Part shown: in pieces, positions 58,544 through 64,000 of the stretch
Position numbering within the stretch: the first letter of the stretch is position 1
Layout: each line of letters opens with the position of its first letter
NCBI GenBank assembly: GCA_000002435.2
Contig: CM018793.1
From: Giardia intestinalis
Lineage: Eukaryota
Reading direction: 5' to 3' (one strand)
Length of the DNA stretch: 64,000 bases
The notes under the pieces: generated by a model
Seen by the model: the letters and a program-made list of their open reading frames with translations, nothing else
Databases searched by the model: none
Told to the model about the DNA's origin: nothing
Program-made: the position numbers and the translations under genes

Positions 58544-59980
58544 ATGATGCTAGAGGACAGATACTATCACTCTCCACGCACACAGCTGACGCCTCTAGTA
58601 AGGAGTGTGCAGAATAGTCTAGATGTAAGGGATAAATCAGTCTCGGGCACGGACGATGATATGGAGCCCACAGCCATAGCCCCGACGCTGGGGGCACCTG
58701 GCTCGTCCCGGGTGGTTTCAAAAACGCCACCCATATCAGCCGCATGCTACGTCCCCCGGATACCCCGGACAGACCATCGCGGACATTTTTTGCGGGGAGC
58801 TACTCTCCAAAAGCTCGAGATACGCGATCCACCGAGGAAGCAATACCGGTCTGTAGCACGGCCGGCCACTACCGCCTTTGATCCGCCATGCTTTCCCGGC
58901 GCCAAGGCAGTGCATCAGATATACCTTGCCAATCAGGCGCATCCAGCCTTTTACCCGCCCCCCTTTCGCCGAAGGAAAAACAAGCTTCTCAGCCAGATTG
59001 CGCTGCCCTTTTCTGTTCCCGACATCGTCACGACTAGTGCTGTTCTGGGCAGAGGGCTGCTTGATGGTATGGATTCCGATCGAGATGGCTTTTCTGCTCC
59101 ACTGTCAGACGGCACCGACGGTACTGACGCCGCAGACATGGTCAGTGCGCCTTATCCTCAGCGGATGCTGTCCCTGATGCTTGCACAGCCTGCCTGCGCT
59201 CGCCTCCTCCACTTCAACGTGTGCATCTCAAACGAACTCTCATCTTCGTCATTTGCCAGTATAAACACAGAGAACTTGGAGCCCACAACGCCTGGTGCTG
59301 AATCGTATCTTGGTAAATCCCCTATCGCAACAATTCTCTCCACACCGTTACCCCAGCCACCCAAGCAATTTCCAATGGCACCCTCTCTTTGTTTAAACGA
59401 GGAGTCTGTTGATCACCAGGGCTCAACCAGAAGCGTATGCTCGGGTCGGAGTCTAGAACCAAATCTCTTTCGCTCCGCCTCTGTCGTGTCCGATTCTGAT
59501 GCACCTACCCCGTTGTCTGGGGAAATCTCTCAGCTCTTCCGTCCGCTCCCAGCCCCAAATGTCCTCCCCTTGCGCTTGGGAGGAGTCCTTTTGCCGGGAG
59601 ACGCTGTCTTGGCTGTACACCCTAAGACGCGTAGGGTTAGCTCCTGCGTTTGGTATAGCAACAGGTGCGTTTTATTCCCTGACGGCACACAATCACATTC
59701 CCATCCCCTGTATCGGGATGCCACACAGCGCGAAGCAGCATACTCTGCAGCGCGCTCCGTTCGGCATGAAGAAATCACTGATCCCTTTGTGTTGGCCGGC
59801 CTTATATTCAGCGCGTTGGGTAATGAGATATCGTGCTCTCCTCGCACCCGGGATTACGACATCATCTCCCTCAGTGAGCTCGTGCTCTCCCCCGTAAAGC
59901 ATCTGCTGAGTGCTGACGAAATAAAGAGAATGGGGGAGAGCCTGGTCCTGGCGCTCTCAGCCGTCAAAGTGAGTATGTAG
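58544..59980 (+). CDS. hypothetical Pro/Ser-rich protein
   Basis: 478-aa ORF with an ATG (tandem ATGATG) after an AT-rich stretch; no domain recognised. Confidence 0.5.
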   Translation: MMLEDRYYHSPRTQLTPLVRSVQNSLDVRDKSVSGTDDDMEPTAIAPTLGAPGSSRVVSKTPPISAACYVPRIPRTDHRGHFLRGATLQKLEIRDPPRKQYRSVARPATTAFDPPCFPGAKAVHQIYLANQAHPAFYPPPFRRRKNKLLSQIALPFSVPDIVTTSAVLGRGLLDGMDSDRDGFSAPLSDGTDGTDAADMVSAPYPQRMLSLMLAQPACARLLHFNVCISNELSSSSFASINTENLEPTTPGAESYLGKSPIATILSTPLPQPPKQFPMAPSLCLNEESVDHQGSTRSVCSGRSLEPNLFRSASVVSDSDAPTPLSGEISQLFRPLPAPNVLPLRLGGVLLPGDAVLAVHPKTRRVSSCVWYSNRCVLFPDGTQSHSHPLYRDATQREAAYSAARSVRHEEITDPFVLAGLIFSALGNEISCSPRTRDYDIISLSELVLSPVKHLLSADEIKRMGESLVLALSAVKVSM

Positions 59981-60035
59981 CTTTTAGTACGCGCTGCAAG
60001 TCTTTCATGTAAATTCTATGGTGCAATAAAAGCGC

Positions 60036-61322
60036 ATGGAAAGATACCTCCCCCTGGATGCGTCTGAAATCGCAGCAACTGCGCTCCGAGCGTGCAGACA
60101 GAACCATGGAAGCATGGTCGAGGCGCTTCACTCAGTGTCGGCTCAGGTTTCACCCGTTTCGGGATCACTGTCTTCACAGACCACCTGCCAGGAATGTGGC
60201 TACTCGGCCGATCCTCAAATCGTGCAGTACTCTCTCTTGGAAATAGAGACCCCTGCGTTGGATGCTGATCCTTTAACGGCTTCCCGCGAAGGCTATGCTG
60301 CGGCGCTCTCAGAGACGGCCTATTATACTAGAGTCCTGGTACTTCCTCCAAATGGTTCTCCGATCTTCAACTTCCGCCTTCTCTCTACCAAATTGAGCGC
60401 CGCTTACTTGCAAGAATTAATCACGAGCACTCTTGAACTCCCACCAGACACTCCGCTTGCAGCCCTTAGTATAGATAAGGAAATAATCGGGCTTGCAGAC
60501 ATCTTTGCCGAGGAAGATGACACCGGTGATCAGGACCGCAGCGCAAGCCTAGAGCGCTATTGCCGGCTGAACTTCGGTGCCAACCATTGCCTTATCGTTG
60601 CCCCTGTTTTACCAGAAGAGCTTCCTACGGATGATAGGAAAGACGTGATCGTTGACATCTTTATTCAGGGCTCACCAGAGAGTGTTTCAATTCCGCTCAT
60701 TGTGTGCCCAGAGAGCCTAGACAACATTGCCAGGATCGTGCGCCAGCGGCTGGCCCTCTTCTATCCGGATGGGGCTGCACGCAACAGCATTCTGTCCCAA
60801 AGCACGCTCTTATCTTTGACTCCAACTACGGAGTGCTCCCTTAAGTGCGTTGTCTCCTTTGATGCTTCTGTAAGTCCTACTGCGCGGAGTCACGATCTTT
60901 GTAGTGTGTTTCGATCTAGCCCAAGAGTCTTCCCGGTCATGCAGTACACACTGAAAGATTGCATAGAGAATTTCCTGAAAGAAAAACTAGAACCGTCTTT
61001 TGTGTGCCCGAACTGCAAGGCAACGGGGTCGATAATGGTGCAGAAAACGCTGATCAATCAAGGGAAGATCTTACCTACACTGATTTTGAACTCAGCCTCA
61101 CATATCCTATTGCAGGATACTGTTGCTTTTGATTCGTTGCAGCACACAGTTGTCTTGGCAGTCTTACGGGATGGCTCTGGAGAGCTTCTGGTAGCAAATA
61201 GGGTGGATACTCAACTGTGGAGCGTTGATGGGGAAACGCGTAGCCTTGCAGAGTTACAGTCTCTTTCGTGTGTGTTCTTTATCGCTGTGGAGAAACACAT
61301 ATCAAAGGAGATTGACTATTGA
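60036..61322 (+). CDS. hypothetical protein
   Basis: 428-aa ORF, ATG after gtgcaataaaagcgc. A weak USP-like C-terminal pattern (CPNCKA...LPTLILNSAS) is not convincing. Confidence 0.55.
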   Translation: MERYLPLDASEIAATALRACRQNHGSMVEALHSVSAQVSPVSGSLSSQTTCQECGYSADPQIVQYSLLEIETPALDADPLTASREGYAAALSETAYYTRVLVLPPNGSPIFNFRLLSTKLSAAYLQELITSTLELPPDTPLAALSIDKEIIGLADIFAEEDDTGDQDRSASLERYCRLNFGANHCLIVAPVLPEELPTDDRKDVIVDIFIQGSPESVSIPLIVCPESLDNIARIVRQRLALFYPDGAARNSILSQSTLLSLTPTTECSLKCVVSFDASVSPTARSHDLCSVFRSSPRVFPVMQYTLKDCIENFLKEKLEPSFVCPNCKATGSIMVQKTLINQGKILPTLILNSASHILLQDTVAFDSLQHTVVLAVLRDGSGELLVANRVDTQLWSVDGETRSLAELQSLSCVFFIAVEKHISKEIDY

Positions 61323-62009
61323 ATTGGCCTGTCTATAAATGGACAGGCGTCGGAGTATAACCATTTGCAAATGTTTGTTCTAGATAAGATAGTTGAAAGT
61401 CACGTGCTTTTCGTTGCAAAAGCGATACGAAAGGAGCTGCTCTTGATGGGTCGACGTGTCACTCTCACGAAGCAGCCAGAGAGCGACTTGCAATCAGTTC
61501 GGTATTCGGATCTCATTTATCTCGCAAATATATCCTGTTCTACACGTTGATCACTCATCGGCATCAACAGCTCCTGGACTAGAGAGAGTGAAAATGCATG
61601 AGATGTACTGCCTGTCGCTTGCGACACATAACGGCCGCCAAGTACTTAGTCCACTAAGTTTTGTGACTGCGCAATGCCCTATAGTGTTGTCTGCAAGCCT
61701 CACTTTAGACACCTCGCTGAGATTGCTACCCAGAGCAGCCTTGCCGCCTTTGGAAACTTCGAACCAACCAGAGCGGAAGGTGCGCAATAATGGATCATTT
61801 TTCCCAGTCTATGAACAGAGAACATGCCGTTTAATCAGACCATTGACTCTCCCAGAACAGCGTAAATTGCTAGGTCCCAAATTTCTAAGTTCGCTTTGAG
61901 GATACGTGCATAAAATGGTATAGTGCACATGTAAAGATTAGCTGGCCATCTGCGTTAACAGAATACTTCTGCTCTAATAAATCGATTGCGGAGTACAAGA
62001 TCACACACC

Positions 62010-64000
62010 ATGACCATTCGACCTGTTGCGCTACAGCTTAGGATTCCTCGCTCTCTCCTTGTGTTTAACCAGGAGTGCGTCACAGAAGAGGAGCGTTGGA
62101 TCAACTTCTCGTGGATTCTTTCTCCACGGCTTCTTCAAAGCCCACACGTATCACGCCAGACCAGTCGCGCACTAAGCCGCGCAGCTAGCAAGGCAATGTG
62201 TCGCAATCTGACAGAAAGAATTCGGAACACCGCCGGTCGCCCAGACGGCCTAAGGAATTATATCTGGGTTCAGCAAGATCCAGCCACCGCCTTTCGGGGC
62301 TCCCAGCAGGAGAAGCTCCATCCAGCATTCATCAGCTACTCTACTTTCTACCTCCTTCCTGTGTTTGTTAGGACGCTGAACATTTTGACCAATCTAGCCC
62401 ATTGCACGATGTTTGAGAAGATATGTACGCCAGAAATAACTTTGCACAGAGCTGCTGTGGTTACTGTCCCGATCTCTCTCCTGATCCTCAACCAGCACAA
62501 TGCCCCAGTCGCCCAGCCACCCGCCGTAATGGCTCAGATGCTTCCAGAGTGTGTAGACTTGTCGCAGAACCCGTACGTCGCGGAGATTCGGAAAATCAAA
62601 GACAAAGAGTTCGTCGGAGAGATCTACGTAGAGAACAGCTACCTTGCGAATTCTGCCTACACGGTCCTCTTGGACCTAATTAACTTCAACATCTATTACT
62701 TGAGGAAAATGCATGCGCTGACAGATCAGTTCTTTGCCAACTACAAGTATGACAAAGAGTCGATAACAGCACTGTCCCCCTTGGATACACGGCTTGTAAA
62801 AGCGCCTCGAGACACATATATAGTTGAGAGCAACCTAATAGATCAGCACGCCCTTGAAACGTGTAACAGCTTTGCCTCTATCCATGTAGAGGAGCTGGCA
62901 CAAGATACCATTCTTCCACTCTCACTCCCCATGCACTATGATGCTATTTACCCCGTGAAACGAACAACAGCACTCCCTGCTGCACTGCAGAACCTTTTAA
63001 CCGAACATCAGTGGGAGTACAAGCACATACTCCTGACCCTTCTGCATAGGCAATGCACCATTACCAAGACTAGTTTAGGCACTGTGAGCTTTGCATACAA
63101 GGAGGAGGAGTCGGAGCATGTTATTCTGAAGCGCCGTGTCACTTCCCCCATTACTCTGTGCTCACACTATGACGGACCAATGTTTCAGTTCTTTGTGCGC
63201 AGTGCCGCTAAGGGGCCCTCTTTTTTCCGCTTTTTTCGCGGAACGAAGGCAGAGATCCATGGTATCGTGACATATACAGAGCGGTATGGCCCGAGACAGA
63301 CCCTTTCCGCGGACAAGCAGTGGTACGACGAGCAACTAAAGCGTTTAGGCTTTCCAATCATGACGCTCACCAGTGTTTGCATGCAGCTCTTCCCATACAA
63401 GCATTTTGCGTTTTGTACGCAGTCCCACAACGACGATATCAACACTACTAATTTGCCAGCGCAACGAACACCCGGTGGCATACTGGCACGTAGGGGCCAT
63501 ACAGCCCAGGCAGTCAAGCGTTCTAATCCTGCACTTGCTAAACTAATCCCCAACTGCACAGGAAGCTTTTCAGAATTTGGCTTGTTTGGAACGAATCGAC
63601 CATCCTCGCGCAGAGACCTACCATCGCTTCCCATCCACAACGTGACATTAGAGTTGTTAAACGATAACGACCAGAGTCTTCAGAACATGGAGGCAGGTGT
63701 TCTTGCTCACCCTCTAGAAGATTGTGCCACGTTCCCCGGCGCATTATCCGCTGCTTCCAATAGGCCATCGTGTGCATTTGACTCCCCAACACTACTTAGT
63801 TCACCACGTTTCTGCGCTTCCTATGTATCCCTTCAGGTTACATTTCTAAATCTTATATGTAAGTTTATCGACGCCGTCCCTCTATCGATTTCTGCGGTCA
63901 AAACAGGCAAGGAGTCTGTCGGCGTGATCCTTCAAGCATTTAATTCTCTTTTTAGCGCACTGCACGCACGCTACTATGATGTGGGATACAGCTTCATTAC
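62010..64000 (+). CDS. 3'-partial hypothetical protein (at least 663 codons, runs off the window end)
   Basis: I translated by hand from the ATG at 62010 (MTIRPVALQLRIPRSLLVFNQE...) and found no in-frame stop through 64000. It is absent from the ORF track, presumably because no stop lies in the window. An AT-rich element ctaataaatcg lies about 30 nt upstream. Confidence 0.6.
   Translation, partial: MTIRPVALQLRIPRSLLVFNQECVTEEERWINFSWILSPRLLQSPHVSRQTSRALSRAASKAMCRNLTERIRNTAGRPDGLRNYIWVQQDPATAFRGSQQEKLHPAFISYSTFYLLPVFVRTLNILTNLAHCTMFEKICTPEITLHRAAVVTVPISLLILNQHNAPVAQPPAVMAQMLPECVDLSQNPYVAEIRKIKDKEFVGEIYVENSYLANSAYTVLLDLINFNIYYLRKMHALTDQFFANYKYDKESITALSPLDTRLVKAPRDTYIVESNLIDQHALETCNSFASIHVEELAQDTILPLSLPMHYDAIYPVKRTTALPAALQNLLTEHQWEYKHILLTLLHRQCTITKTSLGTVSFAYKEEESEHVILKRRVTSPITLCSHYDGPMFQFFVRSAAKGPSFFRFFRGTKAEIHGIVTYTERYGPRQTLSADKQWYDEQLKRLGFPIMTLTSVCMQLFPYKHFAFCTQSHNDDINTTNLPAQRTPGGILARRGHTAQAVKRSNPALAKLIPNCTGSFSEFGLFGTNRPSSRRDLPSLPIHNVTLELLNDNDQSLQNMEAGVLAHPLEDCATFPGALSAASNRPSCAFDSPTLLSSPRFCASYVSLQVTFLNLICKFIDAVPLSISAVKTGKESVGVILQAFNSLFSALHARYYDVGYSFI

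Noticed and set aside
61456-61899. 147-aa plus-strand ORF in the 687-nt spacer
   Set aside because: It starts with GTG; the first ATG (61594) leaves about 100 low-complexity residues without a typical AT-rich initiator. Kept only as part of the candidate ncRNA or small-ORF finding.

Overview
This window is eukaryotic, not prokaryotic. It is a very gene-dense, intron-free stretch of a Giardia duodenalis (intestinalis) chromosome, anchored on the tpi gene. At 11129..11902 there is a textbook triosephosphate isomerase whose start region (aaataaatcATGCCTGCTCGTCG) matches the widely used Giardia tpi genotyping primer site as I recall it. About 34 protein-coding genes on both strands fill nearly the whole window, with short AT-rich initiators directly at the ATGs and intergenic spacers of 0-90 nt. 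The supplied ORF track accepts GTG/TTG starts and drops ORFs lacking a stop in the window, so several starts were moved to the first ATG and one unlisted 3'-partial gene was added. Recognisable products include TPI, a PKA-like AGC kinase, an NSUN2/Trm4-type RNA m5C methyltransferase, NMNAT, a TBC Rab-GAP, a katanin/Vps4-clade AAA ATPase, a cathepsin-L-like protease with a C-terminal membrane anchor, an IPK-family inositol-polyphosphate kinase, a PDCD2/Tsr4-like protein and an FCP/SCP-type CTD phosphatase. There is also a catalytically dead NEK kinase fused to a long ankyrin array, a Giardia hallmark, and two paralogous membrane-anchored 5'-nucleotidase-like metallophosphoesterases 20 kb apart. 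The most unexpected gene encodes a Stealth/GNPTAB-type hexose-1-phosphotransferase-like protein. Giant hypothetical proteins of 3088 and 2006 aa are present. No rRNA, tRNA, CRISPR array or recognisable mobile element was found.
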